64,000 bases of DNA from Candidatus Bathyarchaeota archaeon (GCA_963832745.1 CAWHVC010000003.1:736001-800000); one strand, 5' to 3'; counted from the first letter of the stretch, positions 9,519-19,552 are shown. The notes: generated by a model not told the origin, from the letters alone. Numbers and translations: made by a program.

Positions 9519-9562
9519 ATTTAGCTCTGCTTACGGAACAAGCCCGTTCCAAACTGGAACAC
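9519..9562 (-). promoter_or_regulatory. Candidate operator/promoter motif shared with 53982-54034
   Basis: + strand TAGCTCT-N7-GAACAAG..GTTC with a second GAACA 21 nt later; same TAGCTCT-GAAC-GAAC spacing at 53986. Confidence 0.55.
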
Positions 9563-9587
9563 ACGCTCTTCTCTTATCAAACTTATT

Positions 9588-10220
9588 TTATTCTCTGGTT
9601 AGTATTGGCTTGATAAGTGCATCCGCATTTACTGCTAAATCAACAGCTTCCTGGAGTGTTGCTTCGTCAGGCGGTGAAGGCCCAAAATACCAAAATGGTG
9701 CTCCATCATTGGTAACCGATGTGTAATTTGTTATTTTGCAATAGGCTTCGTAAATTTTTGGTCCAATTTGTCTAATATTGAACTCTACGGTGTAACTGGC
9801 TTGTCTATCTAACTCTAAAGCTTGTGTAGAGTTAAGAACCCTTCATCCATCAAGAAGTTTTCAATTTTGCTTAATTTAACCCAATTAGTTTTGTCTAAAT
9901 TTTCCAATTCTTCTAAAGACCTTAACGCATATTCAATTTCTCTGTCTCCAGAATGGTCATTTTCTAAAGTGGTTACATATGCTGCTCCATGTGGTTCCTA
10001 AAATCTTAGATTTATCAATCATTGCAACCCAACTCTTACGTGTATTAACCCTATCAACTGCCCAAACAAACGATGAAACAGCTACAACCGCTATAAGTAG
10101 GATGGCAACGATTTTTTTGCGGCTTACTTGATAATTTTTGTTAAACCAGGATGGTTTTGCTTGTTTAATGTTGCCTGTTGCTCTTGCAAGGTGGTTAAAC
10201 ATTTTAGTTCTGTTTCTCAT
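9588..10220 (-). pseudogene. Membrane-anchored hypothetical protein split by at least two frameshifts (possibly assembly errors)
   Basis: ORF 9957..10220 has a TM helix; shifted frames continue LENDHSGDREIEYALRSLEEL and LNSTQALELDRQ...APFWYFGPSPPDEATLQEAVDL to TAA at 9588. Confidence 0.55.
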
Positions 10221-10342
10221 TAGGTTGGGGCTTGCTTAAAAATTGTTGTTTTATCCTTAGGTTTTGTCTTTTACGTGTTACAATCCTATTTATAGTCTGA
10301 CAAATCATTACTTGTGCGTTTTCAAACAGGGGGAACCATGGC

Positions 10343-11006
10343 ATGTTGGTTACAGTTCAAGCAGAAGAAATGCTCAATATTCTTAGGCAAAAAGTAGCTG
10401 TGCCCAGCCTCGTTAAAGCCAAAAGCGACCCCTTTGAAACCTTAATCGTTACAATAATTTCGCAGAATACTGCCGACAAAAACACTGACCTCGCTTTTAC
10501 ACGGTTGAAACAGCGTTTCCAAATCACGCCTAAAACCCTCGCAGAAGCGCACAACCACGCAGATTGAGGAATGCATAAAACCGGCAGGACTCTACAAGGG
10601 CAAAACATGCGCAATCCAAACAGCTTCAAAGATAATCCAAGAAAAATATGGCGGTTCCCTGAGCCCCGTTTTGGTGTTGCCGCTTGAAGAAGCAAGAAAA
10701 ACTCTCATCGCGATGCCGGGTGTTGGACCTAAAACCGCGGATGTTGTGCTGCTTTTCAGTGCCCAGAAACCCACAATACCCGTGGATACGCATGTTAATC
10801 GTGTGTCTAAACGTTTAGGCATCGCGCTTAAAAACGGTGATTACGAAGCAGTTCGCTTGAACTTGCAAAAACTGTTTTCAGAACAGGACTACTTGGCGGT
10901 TCATCAACTTTTTATTGGGCTTGGACGCCAATTTTGTAAAGCTTCAAAACCTCTTTGCAATGATTGCCCAATAAGCAGTTACTGTGAAACAAAGGGGGCG
11001 CTTTAA
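10343..11006 (+). CDS. nth: Endonuclease III (Nth), frameshifted near 10550
   Basis: DPFETLIVTIISQNTAD; after a +1 shift IEECIKPAGLYKGK, HhH MPGVGPKTAD, VDTHVNR and the 4Fe-4S motif CKASKPLCNDCPISSYC. Confidence 0.9.
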
Positions 11007-11032
11007 GCATAGTTACGCTTCCGCCTGAAGTA

Positions 11033-12949
11033 ATGGAGTACTTCCCTTACCCGGAAGTGCGTATTCATCAAGACCAATTCATAAGCACCATCCACACTGC
11101 TGTTAAAAACCGGCAATCCGTGCTTATCGAAGGCAGCAACGGCTTAGGAAAAACGATTTCTTCACTTGCAGCTTGTTTACCTATTGCAGTTGAGAAGAAC
11201 CTAAAAATCCTCTACGTCGCCAGAACACACAGGCAGCATGAACGCGTAATTGACGAGTTGCGCATGATTTACAAAAAGCACCCCATCAGCGGCATATCCA
11301 TCAAGGGGCGAAACGAAATGTGCCTAAACGCGTTTGCAGCCAACGGCGCTTTCGACTCCAAATCATTAATGGAAATGTGTGACCTGCTCAAAGCCAAAGG
11401 ACGCTGCCCCTTCTACAAGAATGTGGACATGCAAACTTACGATTACCTTCAACTCATCAAGCAGCTGGCGGTGAAACCGTATACGGCAACGGAGATTCAG
11501 CAAGTCTGTAAAAAGAAGGAACTCTGCCCCTACGAACTCGTTAAAGCTGCGCTTACGGACATCAAAGTTATTGCGTTAAGTTACCTTTATGCTTTTGACC
11601 CCTCTATCCGCAACGCCTTTCTAAAACACATTAACACTGACCTTTCAAAATGCATCCTCGTAGTGGATGAAGCCCATAACCTGCCAGAAACGGCGATCGA
11701 TATTTCCAGCAGCAACTTGTCGCTTTTCGTGCTTAGGCAGGCTGAATTGGAAGCTAACCATTACGGCAACAAAGACATCGAACAGTTCGCTCATTTCTTC
11801 CGAGACGAACTCGAGCAACTCACCGATAAAATCAATCGCGAAGAAATAATCAGTCCAGACAAAATTATTGACATAATCCAAAAACAAGGCGTCACTAACC
11901 CACGCAACTTTTTCGAACACATGCACGAAGTCGGCGCTGGAATAAGACGCAACCTGCTTGCAGAAGGCAAAAACCCTCGAAGCTACGTAAATTCTATGTC
12001 TGATTTCCTGCTTCATTGGCTTGAAACCTGTGACGACAGCTCATACATTAACGTGGCAAGTCGTTACTACACGGAGAAAAGTCAGAAAACCGCTAAACTC
12101 GAAATCGTAGCACTTGACCCCTCCAAAATCACCGAACCTGTCTTCTCCGCAACATACGCCAACGTAATCATGTCTGGTACACTGCAGCCCCTTGACGCGT
12201 ACCTGAAAATTACAAAGCTACCAAAAAACGCTGCACAATTCATCGCCCCTTCACCATTCCCCAAAGAACACATTTTCTCAGCCGTCTGCTACGGAGTTAC
12301 GACAGCGATGGAAAAAAGAACTCCCAGCATGTACAAAACCATCATTAAACGCATAGCTGAAGTAGTGGAAAACACGCCCAAAAACGCGGGCGTTTTTGTA
12401 GCTTCTTTTGATGTTATGAAATCGCTACTCAACGAGGGTTTGGCTTTAGTCTTAGATAGGCCACTTTATCATGAAGAAAGAGGCATGAGTTCTAAACAAA
12501 ATGAGAAACTTGTTTCTGACTTTAAAGCGTGCGGAAGCAAGATGGGCGCGGTTTTCTTAGGTGTGCTGGGTGGCAGAACCTCGGAAGGTGTAGATTTTCC
12601 AGGAGACCAAATGAACTCTGTTATAGTTGTTGGTGTGCCGTATGCTGAACCAACGCCCCGTGTCAAAGCGCAGATTGATTATTACGAAAAATGCTTTCCC
12701 AGATACGGACGTGAATACGGTTACGTGCTGCCCGCAATGAAGAAGGCTTCTCAAGCTGCGGGTAGACCAGTCCGCACTCTTGATGACAAGGGTGCAATCG
12801 TCTTTTTGGATTCACGTTACTCAACAGGTTACTGCAGAAATTTCTTGCCGTATTGGGTAAACAATGGCATGAAAATGTTGCCTGACCAAGATGGGGTCTT
12901 AGCAAAAGAAGTAAAGACTTTTTTTAGCCTTACAAAGGCTCCTCTTTAA
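11033..12949 (+). CDS. xpd: XPD/Rad3-like Fe-S DNA helicase
   Basis: Walker A GSNGLGKT, Fe-S cysteines (EMC, MC, RCPF, LCPY), DEAHNL, SGTL, SEGVDF, QAAGRPVR. Confidence 0.92.
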   Translation: MEYFPYPEVRIHQDQFISTIHTAVKNRQSVLIEGSNGLGKTISSLAACLPIAVEKNLKILYVARTHRQHERVIDELRMIYKKHPISGISIKGRNEMCLNAFAANGAFDSKSLMEMCDLLKAKGRCPFYKNVDMQTYDYLQLIKQLAVKPYTATEIQQVCKKKELCPYELVKAALTDIKVIALSYLYAFDPSIRNAFLKHINTDLSKCILVVDEAHNLPETAIDISSSNLSLFVLRQAELEANHYGNKDIEQFAHFFRDELEQLTDKINREEIISPDKIIDIIQKQGVTNPRNFFEHMHEVGAGIRRNLLAEGKNPRSYVNSMSDFLLHWLETCDDSSYINVASRYYTEKSQKTAKLEIVALDPSKITEPVFSATYANVIMSGTLQPLDAYLKITKLPKNAAQFIAPSPFPKEHIFSAVCYGVTTAMEKRTPSMYKTIIKRIAEVVENTPKNAGVFVASFDVMKSLLNEGLALVLDRPLYHEERGMSSKQNEKLVSDFKACGSKMGAVFLGVLGGRTSEGVDFPGDQMNSVIVVGVPYAEPTPRVKAQIDYYEKCFPRYGREYGYVLPAMKKASQAAGRPVRTLDDKGAIVFLDSRYSTGYCRNFLPYWVNNGMKMLPDQDGVLAKEVKTFFSLTKAPL

Positions 12950-14021
12950 GTTCAGGATCCAACTTGATTTTGCCTATTGCAATACTTGCTGGTTTACTTC
13001 GTACTGGAGTAAGCACCTTCATGATTCGTCGGGCACGGTTAAACTCAAGCAGGATACCGATTCCAAGAAAACGTTTTCTTGAATTACGCAAACCAACAAG
13101 GATTCCTTTTTCTTTGCCTTGCTCTTTTGGAATAACCTGTTTCTCTTGGATTTCCATGTAACTAGCGAATAGTGAACGTACTTTAGCGTCTTTGAGGTAT
13201 TTTGCGTAGTTTAGTTCCCGTAGTTTTGTTCGTTTTTCTGGGGTGCGTTCGTTAACGGCTACTGATGATTCTACGGAACGTGTTGGAACCGTGATTATGC
13301 TGGAAAGCAACGGTTTCAGTTCTTCTTGGATTTGAATGCCAATAACTATGTCAGGTTTTAGTTGATTAATCAGCTGTAATTTGTAGCCAACCGCGGTTTC
13401 GCCTTCTACCCATCCGTCAGTGTTAATAATGAGGTATTCGGCTTCTGTTTTCTGCATGATTTCCCTGTACATTGTGACTAAGCCTTCGACTGTTCTGGCT
13501 ACTGCTTGAACCGGTGAGGTAACTCCGACAAAGAACGCGTTAGAAACCTTTAACTCAGAAAGTTCAGTGACTCGTTTAGCAGTGTACCCGTAAGCAACCG
13601 TACATGGTGGACCAATATCTGCCTGACCTAAGTCTCCGTCCAGAACCGCCACTCTAACTTTTCCATCAATAAGCCTGTTAACTAGGTAGGTGCTAAAACT
13701 GCTTTTTCCCGAGTCAGCTTTGCCTACAATCATAATGACTGCCGGCTTGTTTTGTATGGTAGTGACTGCTTGAAGCGGTTCACTCCATGACGTCGGAATT
13801 GTGGATGTTTCAGTTTCCTGTACTGCCGCATTTGCTCCCAGCGAAATATGAAACTCAGTGTTTTCCAAGACGTGGAATGGTTGCCTTTTTCCTTCACGTA
13901 CGATGGCTTGCTGGGTTTCTTTTATCATGTAGCCGAAGACTTCCGCTTTGCCCGAAAGGACTTTCACAGATGCCGGACCATTTACTAGTAAGGTTTTGCC
14001 TGCTTCAACTGTTTGCTTCAT
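12930..14021 (-). CDS. Clp1/Grc3-family polynucleotide 5'-hydroxyl kinase
   Basis: GKADSGKSS P-loop, DGDLGQADIGPP, INTDGWV, RxxxREL lid. Confidence 0.88.
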   Translation of the reverse strand: MKQTVEAGKTLLVNGPASVKVLSGKAEVFGYMIKETQQAIVREGKRQPFHVLENTEFHISLGANAAVQETETSTIPTSWSEPLQAVTTIQNKPAVIMIVGKADSGKSSFSTYLVNRLIDGKVRVAVLDGDLGQADIGPPCTVAYGYTAKRVTELSELKVSNAFFVGVTSPVQAVARTVEGLVTMYREIMQKTEAEYLIINTDGWVEGETAVGYKLQLINQLKPDIVIGIQIQEELKPLLSSIITVPTRSVESSVAVNERTPEKRTKLRELNYAKYLKDAKVRSLFASYMEIQEKQVIPKEQGKEKGILVGLRNSRKRFLGIGILLEFNRARRIMKVLTPVRSKPASIAIGKIKLDPELKEEPL

Positions 14022-14655
14022 TTTTTTCTTTCCTCTTTCTTCTTTGGTAAATGTAGCCTACTCTTGCTGCTATTCTCGTGGCTGAAGTTATATGTCTTAA
14101 GCCTCGGCTGCGTTTGCTTAACGGCAAATTTGTTCCCGCTTCGCTGACCACTTCTAAGACAACCTTTGGCGGCAGTGTGTTATCCAACGCTTCACTTAAC
14201 TCCTTGTAAGCTGGCACTCCATTTCCAATTTTGATTTTAACGTTTGTAGCTGATAAGTTAACGTTTTTTAATATACTTTTTATTTTATTATTTATTTCTC
14301 GTATGCTTAAACAGTTTGCCTTGTCAACTACTTTTCCGTCGGCAATTACTGCTAACCCGGTTACTTCGCCGGGGTCAATACCGATAACTATTTTCTCGTA
14401 GCGTTCTTTTCCCTGTAGATTAATTGTTACTGTGTTCCTTAAACTATCTAGTTCATCCTCTGACGTGAACGTTAGAATTTTGCTGCACCTTATTTTGGGT
14501 TTCTCTTCCGTTGTTGTTATTACTATTTTCACTTCTACAGGAATAGGGTCACCGGGCTTTAGGCTGAAAAACGGTATATTGTTATCCTTGAGTAAATTTA
14601 CGATGTGAAAGTACGCTTTTCCTTGTACTGTAGCAACTGCAACTTTTGCTCTCAT
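14005..14655 (-). CDS. Conserved archaeal RNase H-fold (YqgF/RuvC-like) protein
   Basis: IVIGIDPGEVTGLAV motif, KIGNG, VSEAGT; overlaps the start of the clp1-like gene. Confidence 0.7.
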   Translation of the reverse strand: MRAKVAVATVQGKAYFHIVNLLKDNNIPFFSLKPGDPIPVEVKIVITTTEEKPKIRCSKILTFTSEDELDSLRNTVTINLQGKERYEKIVIGIDPGEVTGLAVIADGKVVDKANCLSIREINNKIKSILKNVNLSATNVKIKIGNGVPAYKELSEALDNTLPPKVVLEVVSEAGTNLPLSKRSRGLRHITSATRIAARVGYIYQRRKRKEKNEANS

Positions 14656-14733
14656 CCAGCCTACCTAATAGTAATTTTTAAGCGTAAAACACATTATTAA
14701 ATCGGCAGTTAATAATCTTGATGTGCATTCCCA

Positions 14734-15444
14734 GTGACTGGCATAAAAAAAATCTTAACAGGCATAGGCTGCATAGACAATAGCTTAGACGGGGGCATCA
14801 GCCCTGAAACAATCACGTTAATCTATGGTGAACCTGAAACCGGAAAAAGCACGCTTTCAGTGCAGTGCGCTTTTAACTGTGCAATGCAAGAACTAAAAAC
14901 GCTTTATGTTGATTGCGATAACACTTTTTCTTCAAAAAGACTTTCACAGATTGCAGCGGGTAAATTTGATGAAATAGCTGATAGAATAATTCTTGTTAAA
15001 CCCTTAGACTTCAAAGAACAAACCGCTGTAATAGACCGTATAGGCGATTATGTAACTAAAAATTTTGGGTTAATTGTTGTTGATACTATAAATTCGCTCT
15101 ACGGCGCCAAAATTGCTGAATCTTCAAGTAAAGCCAAAGCTTTTAGTGTAAATCGGGAGTTAAACAGGCAAATGGCTATTTTAGCCCAAACAGCAAAAAT
15201 CCAGAAAATCCCAATCATAATAACCAGTCAAGTAAGAAGCATGTTCAGCGATCCATCAGGCAGCGTTAAACCAGCCGCTAATCGTGTACTAACTTTTTGG
15301 GCTGACAACATTATATCTCTTAAACCGACCGAAACAAAAACAATCAAAGTCATAATAGAGAAAAATCAAGCAAAAATGGTACATGTTAACTGTTATGTAC
15401 AAATAGGTGAAAGAGGCATATCTGAAGCTGAATTCCGTGAATAA
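14734..15444 (+). CDS. radB: RadB-like RecA-family ATPase
   Basis: GGISPETITLIYGEPETGKST, YVDCD, LIVVDTI, IITSQV; lacks the RadA N-terminal domain. Confidence 0.8.
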   Translation: MTGIKKILTGIGCIDNSLDGGISPETITLIYGEPETGKSTLSVQCAFNCAMQELKTLYVDCDNTFSSKRLSQIAAGKFDEIADRIILVKPLDFKEQTAVIDRIGDYVTKNFGLIVVDTINSLYGAKIAESSSKAKAFSVNRELNRQMAILAQTAKIQKIPIIITSQVRSMFSDPSGSVKPAANRVLTFWADNIISLKPTETKTIKVIIEKNQAKMVHVNCYVQIGERGISEAEFRE

Positions 15445-15450
15445 AATAGT

Positions 15451-15957
15451 TTGGTCGAAGCCATGGATATAGCTCAACTAATCGTTCAAGCTCTCATATT
15501 CATTTTTCCCGCCTACTGCGCAAACGGTACCCCCGTTCTTGCCGGTGGAGGCACCAAAATTGATTTCGGCAAAAACTTTATCGACGGCAAAAGATTATTT
15601 GGCAACAATAAAACCTTCCGGGGCTTCTTCTTTGGTTGGGCAGTAGGTTTAAGCGTTGGACTTGTCGAATGCTACTTTTTTGGTTTTCCAATTTTGTTTG
15701 CGGTGCTTACACCTTTTGGAGCACTTTTAGGTGATTTAACAGCTGCTTTTCTTAAAAGAAGATTAAACATTGCTCCAGGTGGTATGCTTCCTGTTGTTGA
15801 CCAGATTGATTTTGTTGTTGGCGCAATCTTGTTTTCGCTCCCGCTTTCTTTGATAAACTGGGAAATTGCGCTTACCGCGTTGCTGATTACCCCGCCGATT
15901 CATTTGTTCACTAACTTTTGTGCTTACAAACTGAAACTTAAGAAGCATCCATGGTAA
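15451..15957 (+). CDS. carS: CDP-archaeol synthase
   Basis: PAYCANGTPV, IDFGKNFIDGKRLFGNNKTFRG, LLGDLTAAFLKRR, PVVDQIDF, LKLKKHPW. Confidence 0.93.
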   Translation: MVEAMDIAQLIVQALIFIFPAYCANGTPVLAGGGTKIDFGKNFIDGKRLFGNNKTFRGFFFGWAVGLSVGLVECYFFGFPILFAVLTPFGALLGDLTAAFLKRRLNIAPGGMLPVVDQIDFVVGAILFSLPLSLINWEIALTALLITPPIHLFTNFCAYKLKLKKHPW

Positions 15958-16047
15958 CATGGTTGCATTCAAGCAAGAAATAACTTTATATTATTTTTTA
16001 AAAACTGATTTGATTTAAAAGTAAAAGATAACAAAAAGTGGGGATTT

Positions 16048-16527
16048 TTATTGAATCCCGTTCACCTTGAAGCTAATTGCGCCCTCAAGGAATATGTATG
16101 ATAACAGTACAAGGCTAACGCCGATAATCATCAGCATATATGCTTGTCTTGGTTTATTGGCGTTCTTAGTGCTTTTGTAAACTGATAGTAAGCCAATAAA
16201 TCCCATGAGGTATAGCATCATGGACACGACTGTATCCGAGATAAACTGATTGCTAATATCTGGATACAAGAAGTAAAATTTGTTATTGTAATATAACGAG
16301 GGTAAAATGCCTTCACTTGTAATAGAGAATAAACCACCTGCAAACATGAATAACGCGTAACCAATGAAAACAACTGTTATGATAAAGGTGGATGGGTGGG
16401 TTGATAAGGCTTTTTTGAACCATTTGCTAAGTGAAAATGACAGCGACGACTGAGTGGAGGTGGGTGCTGGTTTCTGTTTTATTTGCGGTTTCTTATTTTT
16501 CTTTGACATTTCTACTCTCGTCCTCAA
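16048..16527 (-). CDS. Three-TM membrane protein resembling oligosaccharyltransferase accessory subunits OSTC/DC2 or the OST3/6 C-terminus
   Basis: Y..F.FAGG.F, FLYPDISNQFISDT..SM.LY.MGFIG, LMIIG..LVLLSY...K pattern; 3 kb from aglB; likely start MSKKNKK. Confidence 0.6.
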   Translation of the reverse strand: MRTRVEMSKKNKKPQIKQKPAPTSTQSSLSFSLSKWFKKALSTHPSTFIITVVFIGYALFMFAGGLFSITSEGILPSLYYNNKFYFLYPDISNQFISDTVVSMMLYLMGFIGLLSVYKSTKNANKPRQAYMLMIIGVSLVLLSYIFLEGAISFKVNGIQ

Positions 16528-16723
16528 TTAGATGCTTTGCTACTTCTTTAGCCCATACTCCAGTTAATGAATTTTTCGAAATCTCAACCAAATAATCATC
16601 CCAAGAAACCTCAGACGCTTTCTTCCACACCTCAAATTTATCCAAAATATTCTGGTAAGCCTTAAAATGCAGGCTACAGTAACCGTTTTCTTTGACGGGT
16701 CGGCTACAGATTTTGCAACTCAT
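16493..16723 (-). CDS. Small zinc-binding hypothetical protein
   Basis: CKIC...YCSLH motif; ATGA overlap with the topA stop. Confidence 0.7.
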   Translation of the reverse strand: MSCKICSRPVKENGYCSLHFKAYQNILDKFEVWKKASEVSWDDYLVEISKNSLTGVWAKEVAKHLIEDESRNVKEK

Positions 16724-18801
16724 TGTTTTTTCTGCTCCTTAGACGGACAATTAGGATTAAGACACAAAACCCAAGGCTGCTTTGGGTTAATTAACACTTT
16801 AATCACGGGGTAACCGCAAGCTTTACAGGGCGTCGCTAAAGGTTTGATTGAGCCTTTTTGAGGCAACGGAAAAGACGTGCTGCATTTACCCTCAAAAAAG
16901 TTAGTGCAGCCGACAAAGCGTTTGCCAGTTTTTTTAGAGCGAATAATCATTAGTTTTCCTGTTTTGCATTTGGGGCATTTGCCTATGGTTCGTTCATCAA
17001 GGCGGGTTTGCTTAATTTTTTGCCCAAGTTGCGCTCCGATTTCTTTCTGGTTTTGTTTAAGTGCCAAAGTGACCGGTTTTAGGATTTCAATGGTGTCTTG
17101 AAGCACGTTCTGTTTGGTTTCCTGTTTTAGCTGGATTTGCTCCATTTTTTCTTCAAGATTTTTAGTCATTTCAGAAGAAACAACACTTGGGCAATAATTC
17201 CTAAGAACTTCTGTTACTTCAAAACCAAGGTCAGTGACACTCATGCTTTGTCCTCCTTCCAAATATTTGCGGTCGTAAAGCGTCTGAATTGTCGCTGCTC
17301 GGGTTGCTTTGGTGCCTATTTCTTCTTTTTCCATTTTCTTTAGCAGGCTTCGTGGATTATACCTTGAAGGTGGTTTGGTAAAATTGTTTTTTAGGGTAAC
17401 CTTTTTCACGACAACTTTTTGCCCTTCAAAAAGTAGCGGTAACGAAATGTCTTTAGAATGGACATAAGGCTTGTAATATTCCATCCAGCCTTCTTTTAAT
17501 GTGCGGTAACCGGTCATAGAAAATAGGTATCGGTTAATGTCTACTGAAATGTTGATGCTTTGTTTAAGGGCTGGTTCACCGAAAACAGCCAAAAACCGTT
17601 TAACAATCAGGTCGTAAATGTTCTTTTCAGCCGCATCCAATGCTTTTTCGGGCAGATTGCCTGTGGGGTAAATGGCTGGGTGGGCTGGGTCAAACTTGGC
17701 TCCTTCATTGGGTTTTAGTGTAGGTTGCGCTAAAAGTTTCTGTGCTAATCTTTGGTACAGCGGTGATTTGCCAAGTTTTCCAAGAATTGCCCTGTAACCG
17801 ATGGCTGCCGGCAGTTTTTGGCTGCTTGTTCTAGGATAAGAAATCAGGGCGCTAACGTAAAGATGCTGGGCAATGGTAGATGTGCGCATAGGTGTGTACT
17901 TAAAGAGACTGTAAGCTTCACTTTGAAGCGCACCCAAATCAAACGGCACCGGAGGATTCTGCTGAAACTCCTTTACATCGATTTTAGCAATTTGCCCTTC
18001 CTTGACTTTGCAGCCAGCGGCGACTGCATTTGCTTCAGCTTTAGTCTCAATAACTTTCTTTTCGTATTCTAAATCAAACGTGCGGTCTTCTATGCTTATT
18101 TTAGCTGTTAAGCTCCAAAACGGGGTTGGAACAAAAGACCGAATGTTTTTTTCCCGTATCTCTAAATACTTCAAAGTTGGACCCTGCACGCGACCCGTAC
18201 TCAAAGTAGCATACATGCCGCTGCTGTTTTTAGCCGCTAAAGTCAGGGCACGAGACAGATTTATCCCGTATAGCCAATCTACTTCATGTCTTGCCAGCCC
18301 CGCTTCGACAAGTGCAAAATCAATATGTGGCAACAAATTTGAATAGGATTCTCTAAGCTCTTCTCGGGTAAGTGTAGAGTATTTCATGCGTTTAGCCGTT
18401 TTTTCTTTGCCGCCGCAGGCATACCTGAGTATTGAGTAGCCTATTATGCTGCCTTCAATATCGTAGTCGCAGGCGTCAACGAATTCTTCAGCGTTTTCTG
18501 CCAGTTTAGAGAGCACTTTTAGCCATGTTCGAATTTTTGAGGCTCCTTTTTCAGCCATCCAACGTGGTACCCATTGATACTCAAAAACAGGATAGTCCCA
18601 TTCTCCTTTCTTGGTTCCAGCAACGGTGTACAAATGGCCAAGGGCTGATGCTACAATTATTTCTTTATCGCCATTTTTTGCTGCAAAAAAGGGTACGCCA
18701 TTATCGGTTTCCCGAGCAGTTTTGCCGTTTGTGTCTAACGCCGCTGCTATGCGGTTTGCTGCATCGGGTTTTTCTGATATGATTAACGTGTATTTTTTCA
18801 A
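16720..18801 (-). CDS. topA: Type IA DNA topoisomerase
   Basis: Toprim ISEKP/DYDIEG, STGRVQGP, active site ISYPRT, AHPAIYPT, GTKATRA, C-terminal Zn ribbons. Confidence 0.96.
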   Translation of the reverse strand: MKKYTLIISEKPDAANRIAAALDTNGKTARETDNGVPFFAAKNGDKEIIVASALGHLYTVAGTKKGEWDYPVFEYQWVPRWMAEKGASKIRTWLKVLSKLAENAEEFVDACDYDIEGSIIGYSILRYACGGKEKTAKRMKYSTLTREELRESYSNLLPHIDFALVEAGLARHEVDWLYGINLSRALTLAAKNSSGMYATLSTGRVQGPTLKYLEIREKNIRSFVPTPFWSLTAKISIEDRTFDLEYEKKVIETKAEANAVAAGCKVKEGQIAKIDVKEFQQNPPVPFDLGALQSEAYSLFKYTPMRTSTIAQHLYVSALISYPRTSSQKLPAAIGYRAILGKLGKSPLYQRLAQKLLAQPTLKPNEGAKFDPAHPAIYPTGNLPEKALDAAEKNIYDLIVKRFLAVFGEPALKQSINISVDINRYLFSMTGYRTLKEGWMEYYKPYVHSKDISLPLLFEGQKVVVKKVTLKNNFTKPPSRYNPRSLLKKMEKEEIGTKATRAATIQTLYDRKYLEGGQSMSVTDLGFEVTEVLRNYCPSVVSSEMTKNLEEKMEQIQLKQETKQNVLQDTIEILKPVTLALKQNQKEIGAQLGQKIKQTRLDERTIGKCPKCKTGKLMIIRSKKTGKRFVGCTNFFEGKCSTSFPLPQKGSIKPLATPCKACGYPVIKVLINPKQPWVLCLNPNCPSKEQKKQ

Positions 18802-18946
18802 AGGCGCCTAAACCCTGTTAATGATACCTTTCAATTTGAATCAGGAATTTAAACGAGTGGATGCTTTTTGTAAGTTGGCTGCTTAAAGTTTGCATATTTA
18901 GCAACCAATAAATAGCCCATGTCATGATATCTACAGGGGATTTGGG

Positions 18947-19114
18947 ATGCCACAACGTGTAATCTGCCATGGTTGCGGTCATATTTTGTATGAAGGGGTT
19001 GAACTTAAACCTCCAGATGAGGTTATTCAGCAATATAGCGGTAATTGTCCAAAATGCGGTAGAAAACTGTCACTTTTGCCTATGGAAGTCGAAGTTAAGC
19101 CCGTAAGCAAATAA
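18947..19114 (+). CDS. 55-aa Zn-ribbon protein (absent from the ORF track)
   Basis: MPQRVICHGCGHILYEGVELKPPDEVIQQYSGNCPKCGRKLSLLPMEVEVKPVSK; two CxxC pairs; GGGGA upstream; divergent from topA. Confidence 0.8.
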   Translation: MPQRVICHGCGHILYEGVELKPPDEVIQQYSGNCPKCGRKLSLLPMEVEVKPVSK

Positions 19115-19552
19115 TTGTTTGCCTAAGTATACGCTATAAATTGTCCCTAAGTGTGCAACAGCATTGAGCCTTTTTTGGGCTGCATTTATCTTTTTAGTAA
19201 TAAGCCTTGGTTAAAGCCTGAAAGTTTAAGTGAAACGAGTTCTATCCGCACAAAAATGTTGTGCAGAGTATGCTCAAAACTAGGTTCACTTGTAAAAGCC
19301 TATTTGAGACTCAACTGTTGACTTTTAATTTAATCTCAGAAATTTTGGTGCCTGTTTTGGTGAGATGCATTGTTTTTTGGTTTAAGAACCCCTGATTATG
19401 TAGTCTGTGGGTTTATGGTGTGTGTGATTAAACAGTTGAAGCGATAGTGGTTGCGGTGTAGTGTTTTTGGAAAGCCATAAATAAATCACCATTGTGATAT
19501 ACACAAAATAAACTTAAGATTAGAGAGATGGCTATAAGTGAGGGGAAACTAA

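Noticed and set aside
18818-19033. 71-aa minus-strand ORF
   Set aside because: Overlaps a more credible plus-strand Zn-ribbon ORF (18947-19114) and the topA promoter region.
19115-19552. 438-bp gap upstream of aglB as a possible ncRNA
   Set aside because: No recognisable RNA motif or convincing stem was found by eye.
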